DNA of 46,934 nucleotides. Source: Sphingomonadales bacterium (GTDB lineage: Bacteria > Pseudomonadota > Alphaproteobacteria > Sphingomonadales > Sphingomonadaceae). Location: the NCBI GenBank assembly GCA_031386545.1, contig JANNCK010000034.1, positions 1 to 46,934 on the forward strand. Direction: 5' to 3'. Shown here piece by piece: positions 12,102 through 21,062 of the stretch; position 1 is the stretch's first letter; the number at the start of each line of letters is the position of its first letter. The position numbers and the translations under genes were made by a program. The notes under the pieces are model-generated. The model was not told where the DNA came from, did no database searches, and saw nothing but the letters and a program-made list of their open reading frames with translations.

Positions 12102-13103
12102 ATGCAAAAACGGGTTCGCAGCGGAGCGGCGATGGGGGCACCAGAGCTTGTCCTCGCACTGGGGGGCGATTTCGTCGCATTGGCATCCGCGGCAGGACTT
12201 GAACCCAGCGCCTTGAAAATCCCGGACACTCCAATTCAAGCTGCTGCTTTTGTTCGATTTCTGGATGTTGCCTCTGACTCTCTCCGCTGCGAGGCTTTCG
12301 GCTTAAGGCTCGCACAGTTTCAGGGACTATCGCTGTTTGGTTCGCTGGCATCGTTGTTTCAGAGCTGCGCAACGGTCGGCGAATTGCTTGGCGATCTTGC
12401 CCATTATTTTCCGCTGCATACCCAGGGGACGTTGATTGCGATCACCCCGGCTCAGGGGGGCGTCATGGTCAATTATGAAATGTCGTCAGGTGTCGGTCAT
12501 TCAAACCGCCAAATCGTCGAATTGGGCTTTGGTATTCTGATCAACGAGCTGCGGTACCATCTTCCGGACTGGCGACCGGCCGAAATATACCTGCGTCACT
12601 CGCCTCCGTTAGACCGCAAATGGCATCATTTATTTTTAGGCGCGGGCTTGATCTTCAATGCGGACCGGAACGCGGTTTTTATTGAGCAAGCAGCATTGGC
12701 TCGTCCCACAAAAACCGGCGACGTAACCGCTCATGACACGCTGGCTTCCGGGTATGACACCGCCCGCAAGGGTGTTGACGGGATGGCGCAGATACGCGCC
12801 GAAGCGATCATACGGGCCATATTGCCGTTCGCCCCTTACGATCCCTCGTCCGTAGCCAAATTGATGCGAATGTCCCCGAGAACGCTTCAGCGACGACTGG
12901 CTTCTGAGGGGACGCATTTAGCGGAAATTGTCGATTCAGTGCGTGCCGATCTCGCGCTTAAGTATCTTGAAGACTCGCTGCTATCCGTAGCTGAAATAGC
13001 TGAAATACTGCAATTTTCGGAAACCAGCGCTCTTTCCCGCGCGTTTCGCCGATGGCATGGATTATCACCGCGGCAAATCTTGAAGACGAGGAACGCTGGA
13101 TAG
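12102..13103 (+). CDS. AraC family transcriptional regulator (OruR-like N-terminal domain)
   Basis: GGAGG RBS before ATG 12102; C-terminal MSPRTLQRRL..SVAEIAEILQFSETSALSRAFRRWHGLSP. Confidence 0.92.
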   Translation: MQKRVRSGAAMGAPELVLALGGDFVALASAAGLEPSALKIPDTPIQAAAFVRFLDVASDSLRCEAFGLRLAQFQGLSLFGSLASLFQSCATVGELLGDLAHYFPLHTQGTLIAITPAQGGVMVNYEMSSGVGHSNRQIVELGFGILINELRYHLPDWRPAEIYLRHSPPLDRKWHHLFLGAGLIFNADRNAVFIEQAALARPTKTGDVTAHDTLASGYDTARKGVDGMAQIRAEAIIRAILPFAPYDPSSVAKLMRMSPRTLQRRLASEGTHLAEIVDSVRADLALKYLEDSLLSVAEIAEILQFSETSALSRAFRRWHGLSPRQILKTRNAG

Positions 13104-13129
13104 CGGGCCTTGTTTGCCCGCCCCCCCCG

Positions 13130-13663
13130 TCAAAAAGGCACGTCGTCGTCCAGATCACTGTCGAACGCGCTGGGACGACTCGCGCCGCCACTGCGCGCCG
13201 CACCGCCGCCGCCAAAGTTGCCGCCGCCTGACCCACGTCCGCCTTCATCACGGTCATAGTCACCGCCGCCGCCACGCGATCCGCCACCGCCGCCGCCGCC
13301 GCCGCCGCCTTCGCGGCTGTCCAGCAGCACCATCGACGAGTTGAAATTCCGCAGCACCACATCGGTCGTGAACCGGTCGTTGCCGTCCTTATCCTGCCAT
13401 TTGCGGGTTTCGAGTTGGCCCTCAAGATAGACCTTGCTGCCCTTTTTCAGATATTGCTCGGCGACGCGGGCAAGCCCTTCGGAAAAGATCGAGACATTGT
13501 GCCACTCGGTCTTGTCTTTGCGCTCACCCGAGTTTTTGTCCTTCCAGCTTTCCGACGTCGCGACGCTGAACGAGACGACCTTGCCGCCGTTCTGGAAACT
13601 GCGCGACTCGGGGTCCTTGCCCAGATTGCCGACCAGAATGACCTTGTTGACGCTGCCTGCCAC
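13130..13663 (-). CDS. ssb: Single-stranded DNA-binding protein
   Basis: [23 protein letters not shown], Gly-rich linker, DDDVPF tail. Confidence 0.98.
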   Translation of the reverse strand: MAGSVNKVILVGNLGKDPESRSFQNGGKVVSFSVATSESWKDKNSGERKDKTEWHNVSIFSEGLARVAEQYLKKGSKVYLEGQLETRKWQDKDGNDRFTTDVVLRNFNSSMVLLDSREGGGGGGGGGGSRGGGGDYDRDEGGRGSGGGNFGGGGAARSGGASRPSAFDSDLDDDVPF

Positions 13664-13672
13664 GCTTCTCTC

Positions 13673-15553
13673 CTAAAACCCGAGCGCGACGGCGCTCCAA
13701 TATGTAATCCCTGCCGCCGCGTAAGCCAGCGTGAACAGATAGGCTAGCATGAAGCCCGGCCATTTCCACCCATTGGTCTCGCGCCGCACCACAGCAATCG
13801 TCGAAATGCACTGCGGGGCAAACACGAACCACGCCAGAAAAGCGAGCGCGGTCGGCAACGACCATTTGGTGCGGAGCGACGCGGCGAGCGATTGATCGCG
13901 CTGGCCCTCGTCGGGGGTATCAATGGCATTGACGGTTGCCAGCGCCGATACCGCGACCTCGCGCGCCGCCATTGCGGGGATCAGCGCCAGCGCAATATCG
14001 CGGTCGAAGCCGATGGGGCGAACGACAACCGCCAGGCCATCGGCGATGCGACCGGCAATCGAATGGTCGATCTGGCTCTTCGCTGACCCGGCGGGAACTT
14101 GCGGAAAGCTGAGCAGCGCCCACAAAATAACCGTCGTCAGCGCGATGATCGTGCCTGCACGCCTCAGAAACGCCCATGCCCGTTGCCACAGCCCGAGCGC
14201 GAGATCGCGCAACACTGGCAATTGATACTTCGGCATTTCCATCATGAAACCCTGCGCGCCGCCCTTCGTCACGGTGCGACGCAGCAGCAACGCGGCAAAT
14301 AGCGCGCCGAGGATCCCCGACAGGTAGAGCGCAAAGAGCACCAAACCCTGCAACCCAATGCCGCCGCCGACTGTCGTTGGCGGAATGAACGCGGCAATGA
14401 TGACCGCATAAACCGGCAGGCGCGCCGAACAGGTCATGAGCGGCGCAATCAGGATGGTCGTCAGCCGGTCCTTGGGGTCTTCGATCGTCCGCGTCGCCAT
14501 GATGCCCGGAATGGCGCAGGCAAAGCTCGACAGCAGCGGAATGAACGCGCGGCCCGACAAGCCGACCCGCGACATCAGTCGGTCCATCAGGAACGCCGCG
14601 CGGACCATATAGCCGCTCGCTTCGAGTACGAGGATGAACGCGAACAGGATGACGATCTGCGGCAGGAAAACCACGACCGCACCGACGCCTGCAAGGATAC
14701 CGTCAGTCAGCAACGACCGCAGGATCGACTCAGGTACCGACGCCTTCACGCCATCTTGTAGTGACCCGATCCAGCCATCGATCAGGTCGGCAGGGACCGC
14801 CGCAAGGCTGAACACTGCCTGGAACATGACGAACAGCAAGACGGCAAGGATGAACGGCCCCGCAACCGGATGCAGTACGACACGGTCGATGGTTTCGGTC
14901 CAGCGCCGTGCCGTCCCGGCCTCCACTGTCACGCTCTTGGCGATCCGCCGCGCGTGGCGCTGGCGTTCGGCGAGCGTCGGCTCAGCGAGTGTGGTGTGTG
15001 GACGGTCAACCGCACCAGTCAGCGCGCCATCAAGCGCCAGCTTCAGCTCGTCCAGCCCGCGCTTGCGGACGGCGACAGTCGGAATGACCGGCACACCAAG
15101 CGTTTGCGACAGGGCTGGCACATCGATGGTCAACCCGTCGCGCTGGGCGAGGTCGAACATGTTGAGCGCCACCACCACCGGCCGCCCAAGCGCAATCAAT
15201 TCCATCGCAAAGCGCAAATGATTGTCGAGATTGGCGGCATCGACAACCACGAGCAGCACCGACGGCACGCGCTCGCCCGCCTGCTGGCCGAGCAACGTGT
15301 CGCGCGTCACCTGTTCGTCGGGGCTTGACGGGGTCAGGCTATAGGTGCCCGGCAGATCGACCAGTTCGACCGGACGCCCGTCCGCCATCGTCAGGCGACC
15401 CGCGTGACGCTCGACCGTGACGCCGGGATAATTGCCGACCTTTTGCCGCGCACCGGTCAGGGCATTGAATAGCGCCGATTTGCCCGCATTCGGATTGCCG
15501 ACCAGCGCGACCAGCGGCGGTTCGGTGGCAATAATGCGCGTCTCGGCGTTCAT
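13673..15553 (-). CDS. feoB: Ferrous iron transporter FeoB
   Basis: GNPNAGKS, GNYPGVTVE, DLPGTYSL G-domain motifs; gate motifs SSFACAIP and LMTCSARLPVY. Confidence 0.96.
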   Translation of the reverse strand: MNAETRIIATEPPLVALVGNPNAGKSALFNALTGARQKVGNYPGVTVERHAGRLTMADGRPVELVDLPGTYSLTPSSPDEQVTRDTLLGQQAGERVPSVLLVVVDAANLDNHLRFAMELIALGRPVVVALNMFDLAQRDGLTIDVPALSQTLGVPVIPTVAVRKRGLDELKLALDGALTGAVDRPHTTLAEPTLAERQRHARRIAKSVTVEAGTARRWTETIDRVVLHPVAGPFILAVLLFVMFQAVFSLAAVPADLIDGWIGSLQDGVKASVPESILRSLLTDGILAGVGAVVVFLPQIVILFAFILVLEASGYMVRAAFLMDRLMSRVGLSGRAFIPLLSSFACAIPGIMATRTIEDPKDRLTTILIAPLMTCSARLPVYAVIIAAFIPPTTVGGGIGLQGLVLFALYLSGILGALFAALLLRRTVTKGGAQGFMMEMPKYQLPVLRDLALGLWQRAWAFLRRAGTIIALTTVILWALLSFPQVPAGSAKSQIDHSIAGRIADGLAVVVRPIGFDRDIALALIPAMAAREVAVSALATVNAIDTPDEGQRDQSLAASLRTKWSLPTALAFLAWFVFAPQCISTIAVVRRETNGWKWPGFMLAYLFTLAYAAAGITYWSAVALGF

Positions 15554-15816
15554 GCCCCACGAACCTCAAGCATTTCCACCGAGATTGCGGCGGCATGCGC
15601 GCGCCGGATCGCGACGGTCATGCGCCCGATGCGCACGGCGAGCGGATCGCGTGCGACCAGCCCTGCGCCATGTAGCGGCTCGACCGCGACCCCTTCGTCG
15701 AAGCCAAGCTCACGCAACCGCCGCCCGTCGCGTTCGGTCAGCGATGCCCAGTCGATGCTGTTGATCGTCGCTTCACACTGAAAGGGGAGGTCGGCCAAGG
15801 TCAATCGTTCACTCAC
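15550..15816 (-). CDS. feoA: FeoA family protein
   Basis: RRLRELGFDEG..DPLAVRIG..VAIRR; ATGA overlap with feoB; exact start uncertain. Confidence 0.92.
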   Translation of the reverse strand: MSERLTLADLPFQCEATINSIDWASLTERDGRRLRELGFDEGVAVEPLHGAGLVARDPLAVRIGRMTVAIRRAHAAAISVEMLEVRGA

Positions 15817-15833
15817 TTGCGAGCGATTATCAG
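15817..15833. promoter_or_regulatory. Candidate Fur-type iron box upstream of feoAB
   Basis: TGCGAGC-G-ATTATCA, 7-1-7 layout with one perfect TGATAAT half-site, directly before an iron-uptake operon. Confidence 0.5.
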
Positions 15834-15849
15834 TATCGTCTGAGCTTTG

Positions 15850-16503
15850 CTAGACCGCCGGATACCTCAACCGCCCGACAAAGCGCGCCAGGCTGATCCG
15901 TTCGGGTGCCGAATGCGAGAACCGCGCCTTGAATTTCTCGAAGCGCATAATCCCCTCGATCCGGCGACCGAGGAACGCGCGGGTATCGGCGCGGCCGTCG
16001 CTCTCGTCAGCCAGCATCGCCATGACCGTCGCGGCATAGACCCCGCCAAGAATCGCACGCTTCGAATAATGGTTGAAATCTGTCGCCACATCCCCTGCCG
16101 CGCGCCACATCACATCCGCCGCGCGCCAGTTCAGCTTGGCGGCACGCGCCAGATTTTGCGGCAGGGCAAGTACCGCCAGTGCGCGCCGCAGCGCCTCAAT
16201 ATCGACGGCGACAGACTCGAGCCGCGCCTCGACCAGCGCCGTGATCCGTGCCCGTATTTTCAGGGCCGACAGTTTTTCCGGTGACAGATCAGCCAGCATC
16301 ACGACATCGACATGAGCGAACCAGGCGTCAATCATATCGACCGCGCCGCCCGGAAACGCCAGCCGCGCGACAGCCGGATCGATGCCCGTGGCCGCCGCTG
16401 CCTGTTCGAGCGCAGCCGGTGTCCAGCCGTCGAACCCGGCGTGATGCGGCAATTCAGCGGCGAGTTCGGCACGCATGTCGTCGAGACTGGGGTCGCTCAT
16501 CAT
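15850..16503 (-). CDS. COQ9 family protein
   Basis: FDGW, ADVMWRAAGD.ATDFNHYSKRAILGGVY, TRAFL.RRI motifs. Confidence 0.9.
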   Translation of the reverse strand: MMSDPSLDDMRAELAAELPHHAGFDGWTPAALEQAAAATGIDPAVARLAFPGGAVDMIDAWFAHVDVVMLADLSPEKLSALKIRARITALVEARLESVAVDIEALRRALAVLALPQNLARAAKLNWRAADVMWRAAGDVATDFNHYSKRAILGGVYAATVMAMLADESDGRADTRAFLGRRIEGIMRFEKFKARFSHSAPERISLARFVGRLRYPAV

Positions 16504-16618
16504 CGCTTATCCTAACGGGTCACAGGCTCAATGTGACAGAGGCGAAATGGGGTGATAGGGGGTCAAGGTCAATCGGTGCGCGGGGCGTGTGCCGACTTCT
16601 CTGTCGCGGGGGTCCGTT

Positions 16619-17206
16619 ATGGCAAAATTTTTCGGTAATTTGAACGCAGTCCTGGCCGCCGGAGTCGTGGCGACGTTCGCAGTGCTATTCTGGTCACTGT
16701 CCAATCAAGCACCCGGCAATGCGTTGCCTATCGCTGCTTGGATGACATTTCTTCATGTCATTTCTGGCGTCATGTGGATCGGCTTGCTTTATTATTTCAA
16801 TTTCGTCCAAATCCCGACGATGCCGTCGATACCGGCCGAGCTAAAACCAGCCGTATCGAAATATATTGCGCCCAAGGCGCTGTTTTGGTTCCGCTATGCT
16901 GCGCTAGCCACAGTCGTCACCGGGCTGATCGTTGCGTATCTTAATGGCTATTTACATCAAGCGTTCACTTTTCAGGAAGGCAACCGCCTGATCGGTCTGG
17001 GGATGTGGCTTGCCCTCATCATGGCATTTAATGTCTGGTTCGTGATCTGGCCCAACCAGAAAAAGGCGCTCGGGCTGGTCGAAGCCACGCCAGAGGTGAA
17101 AGCCACAGCCGCACTGACTGCAATGATTTTTAGCCGTACGAATACACTGCTGTCGATCCCGATGCTGTTCGCGATGGTGGCGCACCGTCTGGGCGCTGCG
17201 TTTTAG
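16619..17206 (+). CDS. PuuD/Urate_ox_N-like integral membrane protein (no cytochrome c domain)
   Basis: LHVISGVMWIGLLYYFNFVQ, IMAFNVWFVIWPNQKK, SRTNTLLSIPMLF; no CXXCH. Confidence 0.75.
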   Translation: MAKFFGNLNAVLAAGVVATFAVLFWSLSNQAPGNALPIAAWMTFLHVISGVMWIGLLYYFNFVQIPTMPSIPAELKPAVSKYIAPKALFWFRYAALATVVTGLIVAYLNGYLHQAFTFQEGNRLIGLGMWLALIMAFNVWFVIWPNQKKALGLVEATPEVKATAALTAMIFSRTNTLLSIPMLFAMVAHRLGAAF

Positions 17207-18087
17207 CATGTATTTTTTTCGGGCTGGCACACCAAGACGAGCGCCAGCCCGACCAGCACCGCACCGATCATGTCGGCGACCCCGAGATGCTCGTTGAAAA
17301 CGCCCCATCCGATAGCCGCGGCGACCACGGGCTGGGTCAGCAAGCCAAGTCCGATCACCAAGGGGCTGAGGCGTCCCAATACATAGACCATTAGACCATG
17401 CCCGAGCACTTGGCTGCACAGCGCCAGTCCAACGAGCGGCGTCCAGTCGACGGGCATCACCCGCTCGCCCAAGGCTATTGCGAGAAGCAATAGCGGCACC
17501 GCGCTCGCCAAAGTCGAAAGCGCCAGCAGTGGCAATGCCGACAGCGTCGCGCGCGCGCGTGCGATCAGCACGAAGTAAAAGGTATAGAAAATCCCGGCAA
17601 GCACGCACAACAGGTCGCCAGCGAGGTGATCGGGCGACAATTGGTACGACCGCCCCATCAGCAAAATCGCCCCGACCGCAGCAAGGCCGAGCGCTAATCC
17701 CTGTCGCTGCGATGGCCACGCCCGGGCCATGAGAAAGCCGTAGACCGGGAAGAGCAGGCTTGTCGAATTGCCAAACAAGGTCGCATTGGCGAGTTTGGTT
17801 TGTAATATGCCGATGTGCCAACTCGCCAGATCGGCGGCGAACAACACCCCTGACATGACGAGCACGACAAGCAGCCCGCGCGACAGGCGGGGCATTCCAG
17901 CCCTAGACGCCAGCAGCACGAGGATCGGCAGTGCCAGCGCCATCCGCCAGAACGCCGAGGCGACCGGACCAACATCGGCAACCCGCACGAACAGCGGTCC
18001 TAGGGCGAGCAGCACATTCGCCGCCACCAGCGCGGCGAAATCCGCTTTCGGGGTGCGAAGTGTTTCTTGGGGTAGACGTTCGGCCAT
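17203..18087 (-). CDS. DMT/EamA family transporter
   Basis: About 10 hydrophobic helices in two EamA repeats (GPVASAFWR, DLASWHIGI, QVLGHGL). Start set at ATG 18087. Confidence 0.85.
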   Translation of the reverse strand: MAERLPQETLRTPKADFAALVAANVLLALGPLFVRVADVGPVASAFWRMALALPILVLLASRAGMPRLSRGLLVVLVMSGVLFAADLASWHIGILQTKLANATLFGNSTSLLFPVYGFLMARAWPSQRQGLALGLAAVGAILLMGRSYQLSPDHLAGDLLCVLAGIFYTFYFVLIARARATLSALPLLALSTLASAVPLLLLAIALGERVMPVDWTPLVGLALCSQVLGHGLMVYVLGRLSPLVIGLGLLTQPVVAAAIGWGVFNEHLGVADMIGAVLVGLALVLVCQPEKNTC

Positions 18088-18142
18088 GCATCGCCATATC
18101 GCATGAGTTCCGAATTGAAACCTGACGAAAGGCGTTTCGTGT

Positions 18143-19234
18143 ATGCCGACCCTGTTCGACCCTATCCAGCTGGGGGCCATTGCGGCACCCAACCGCATCC
18201 TGATGGCGCCGCTCACTCGCGGGCGCAGCAAGGACGTACATGTCCCGCTCAGTGATCTGAAGGCCGAATATTACAGCCAGCGCGCCGCCGCCGGTTTGCT
18301 GATTGCAGAGGCCACCGGCATTTCGCAGGAGGGGCTGGGCTGGCCCTCTGCGCCCGGGATTTGGTCCGATGAACAGGTCGCGGCGTGGCAGCCGGTGACA
18401 CAGGCGGTGCATGATGCCGGCGGGCGGATCATTTTGCAGCTGTGGCATATGGGCCGCGTCGTCCATTCCGATTTTCTCGGTGGCGCATCTCCCGTCTCGT
18501 CGTCGGTGACGACCGCGCCTGGCATGGCGCACACCGCCGAGGGAAAAAAGCCCTATGTCGAGGCGCGTGCGCTCGAACTGGCGGAAATGGACCGCGTTAT
18601 TGCCGACTATGTTCACGCCGCCAAAAACGCAATCCGCGCCGGCTTTGACGGGATTCAGGTCCATGCCGCCAATGGCTATTTGATCGACCAGTTTCTGCGC
18701 GACAACAGCAACTTCCGCACCGATGCCTATGGCGGGTCCATCAAAAACCGCATCCGACTGCTCCGCGAAGTGACTCAGGCGGTTGCCGATGCAGTGGGGG
18801 CGGACCGGACCAGCGTGCGCCTGTCGCCCAATGGCGAGACACAAGGGGCCGATGATTCGAACCCGGTTGCGCTGTTCACGGCGGCCGCCGCCGCGCTGAA
18901 CGAAATCGGCATCGCCTTCCTCGAACTGCGCGAGCAAAAGCCCTTTGGCGGGTTCGGCACGACCGAGGTGCCGCGCGTTTCGCCCGACATCCGCAAGGTA
19001 TTTTCGGGGCCGCTGATCCTCAATCAGGAATATAACCTCGAACGCGCCGAAGCCGATATGGCCAGCGGTCTCGCCGATGGCATCAGTTTCGGACGGCCCT
19101 ATATCTCGAACCCCGATCTGGTCGAGCGGCTTCGCATCGATGCCGAGCTAGCCCCTGATAATTTCAGGACGTGGTATTCGAGCGGCTCAGAGGGCTACAC
19201 CGACTATCCGGTGATGGCGCACGAACCCGCTTAA
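18143..19234 (+). CDS. Old Yellow Enzyme-family alkene reductase (NemA-like)
   Basis: NRILMAPLTR, QLWHMGR, HAANGYLIDQFL, GRPYISNPDL, GYTDYP. Confidence 0.93.
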   Translation: MPTLFDPIQLGAIAAPNRILMAPLTRGRSKDVHVPLSDLKAEYYSQRAAAGLLIAEATGISQEGLGWPSAPGIWSDEQVAAWQPVTQAVHDAGGRIILQLWHMGRVVHSDFLGGASPVSSSVTTAPGMAHTAEGKKPYVEARALELAEMDRVIADYVHAAKNAIRAGFDGIQVHAANGYLIDQFLRDNSNFRTDAYGGSIKNRIRLLREVTQAVADAVGADRTSVRLSPNGETQGADDSNPVALFTAAAAALNEIGIAFLELREQKPFGGFGTTEVPRVSPDIRKVFSGPLILNQEYNLERAEADMASGLADGISFGRPYISNPDLVERLRIDAELAPDNFRTWYSSGSEGYTDYPVMAHEPA

Positions 19235-19776
19235 GCGGTCTTGCGATGCGCGCGCCATTGCCCGGCCGTCTGGCCCCACGCGTCGACACGCGCGTCCTGA
19301 AATGGTTCGGGCAATCTCGTCGGTCCGAGGTTGGTCGAACCGAGCCGTTGGGCAAGAGCAATCGAGCGAATATTAGCCGGATCGATGGTGTGGATCACTT
19401 CGGGCCAGCCGAGTATGTCGAAGACATAGTCCATCGTCGCGACCACCGCTTCATAGGCATAGCCCTTGCCAGCAAATTGCGGTGCAACGCCCCATCCGAC
19501 TTCCTTGCCGGGCCATCCCTCGGGTTCCCACGGGCCAAGCCGCCCGACCCATGCGCCGGTCGCACGTTCGATCACCGAAAACATCGCAAAGCCGCGAATA
19601 TCCCAGCTCCCTCGCATCGTGCAGAGCATCCGCCACGTCTCGGCGCGTGACTTGACGCCACCGATGAAAGACATGGTTTCCGCGTCGGCGTTCATCGCGG
19701 TCCAGCCGTCGAGGTCGGATGCCTCGGGCAGGCGCAAGATTAGCCGTTCGGTCTCGAGAACGGGGTAGGTGCTCAC
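19231..19776 (-). CDS. GNAT acetyltransferase, RimJ/RimL-like
   Basis: [32 protein letters not shown]; GTGA overlap with ribH. Confidence 0.88.
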   Translation of the reverse strand: MSTYPVLETERLILRLPEASDLDGWTAMNADAETMSFIGGVKSRAETWRMLCTMRGSWDIRGFAMFSVIERATGAWVGRLGPWEPEGWPGKEVGWGVAPQFAGKGYAYEAVVATMDYVFDILGWPEVIHTIDPANIRSIALAQRLGSTNLGPTRLPEPFQDARVDAWGQTAGQWRAHRKTA

Positions 19777-20192
19777 CCGAAACGCTCCTTCAACTCCAGC
19801 AGTGCCAGCGCGGCCTTGGCGGCTTCACCGCCCTTGTCTTTCTGGTTCGGATCAGCCCGGAACAAAGCCTGCGCCTCGTTCTCGACCGTCAATATGCCGT
19901 TGCCAATCGCAATACCGTCCATCGTCAGCGCCATGATACCGCGCGCGCTTTCGCCGGCGACGATTTCAAAATGGTAGGTTTCGCCGCGAATAACCACGCC
20001 GATAGCGACATAGCCGTCATAGCGCCCGCTTTCGGCGGCGAGGGAAATTGCACCAGGAATTTCGAGCGCACCGGGAACTGTGACGACCTCGACATGATGC
20101 CCGGCATTCTCAAGCGCTGCCCGTGCGCCCTCAATGAGCATGTCATTCAGGTGGTCGTAAAACCGCGCCTCGACGATCAGAAATTTTGCCAC
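19773..20192 (-). CDS. ribH: 6,7-dimethyl-8-ribityllumazine synthase
   Basis: [33 protein letters not shown]. Confidence 0.96.
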   Translation of the reverse strand: MAKFLIVEARFYDHLNDMLIEGARAALENAGHHVEVVTVPGALEIPGAISLAAESGRYDGYVAIGVVIRGETYHFEIVAGESARGIMALTMDGIAIGNGILTVENEAQALFRADPNQKDKGGEAAKAALALLELKERFG

Positions 20193-20219
20193 GCGTTTAA
20201 CCCCTTGCCCGTTTCGGTG

Positions 20220-21062
20220 CTATGTCGATGCTGCAATGATGCCGACAACCCCGACCGTAATCAGTGCTGCCCCGATCAGACGGCGCGCGTCAACCGTTTC
20301 GCCGAGAATGCGGCCCGCGACGAGCATCCCGATCAGCACGCTTGCCTCGCGGATCGCGGCGACCGCGCCAACGGGCGCGAGCGCGAAGGCGTAGAGCGCG
20401 GGAATAAAGGAGACGGGGGCCATGACCGCTGCACTGAACCCCGCTCGCCAGTCGGCCCGAAAAGCAGCGCGGGCGTTGCAGCGCCGTAAAGAGACGAACA
20501 GCAGCGGCATGGCAAAGCCATCGAGGACGAAGAACCAAGTGATGAACGTCAGCAGATCGGGCGATAGCCGCATCCCGCGCGCGTCGATCACCGAATAGGC
20601 GGTGGTGAGCGCGCCCGCCAACAACGCGGCAGCCAGCCCGTTGCGCGACAAGCGACCCCCTGCGGCGAGCAGGACGATTCCGATGCTGACAAGGGTGATG
20701 GCAACGAGCAACCAGCCGCCGAGGGCATCGCCGAGCAAGAACGCGCCCATGACGGCGGTCAAAATCGGCGCGGACCCGCGCGCAACGGGATAAGCGACGG
20801 AGAAGTCGCTGACGCTGTACGAAAAGCTCAGCAATGCCTGATAGATAGCGTGGGTCGCTGCCGCTGCGATGAGCCACGGCCAGAGATAGGCAGGCGGAAA
20901 TCCGACCCAAAGCGCCACAGGCATTGCCAGCGTCAGACCGAACAAGCGCACCCATGTCTGAACGGCCAGCTTATCACTGCCCGATTTGATTGACGCATGG
21001 GCGAGCGCGGTCGTTAGCGCCGAAAACGCAGCGAGCCAGAGACCGAGTGTGGCAGGGCTCAC
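20220..21062 (-). CDS. DMT/EamA family transporter inside the rib operon
   Basis: About 10 TM helices; YPVARG and AAIREASVL..LGE motifs; GTGA overlap with the ribB stop. Confidence 0.82.
   Translation of the reverse strand: MSPATLGLWLAAFSALTTALAHASIKSGSDKLAVQTWVRLFGLTLAMPVALWVGFPPAYLWPWLIAAAATHAIYQALLSFSYSVSDFSVAYPVARGSAPILTAVMGAFLLGDALGGWLLVAITLVSIGIVLLAAGGRLSRNGLAAALLAGALTTAYSVIDARGMRLSPDLLTFITWFFVLDGFAMPLLFVSLRRCNARAAFRADWRAGFSAAVMAPVSFIPALYAFALAPVGAVAAIREASVLIGMLVAGRILGETVDARRLIGAALITVGVVGIIAAST

Noticed and set aside
13103-13128. GCGGGC-N7-GCCCGC hairpin and C8 run between araC and ssb
   Set aside because: Short stem with no U-tract and no clear match at the other island end, so neither a terminator nor an att site can be supported.
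6451-13129. Island as an autonomous mobile element
   Set aside because: No integrase, transposase, tRNA target or terminal repeats seen.
13190-13310. (CCG)n trinucleotide repeats
   Set aside because: They encode the normal Gly-rich linker of SSB.
20197-20217. Resemblance of the pre-ribH spacer (CCGA..CGGG.CAAGGGG) to the ribB 3' end, as a second insertion scar
   Set aside because: Too short and largely explained by both being ribosome-binding regions.
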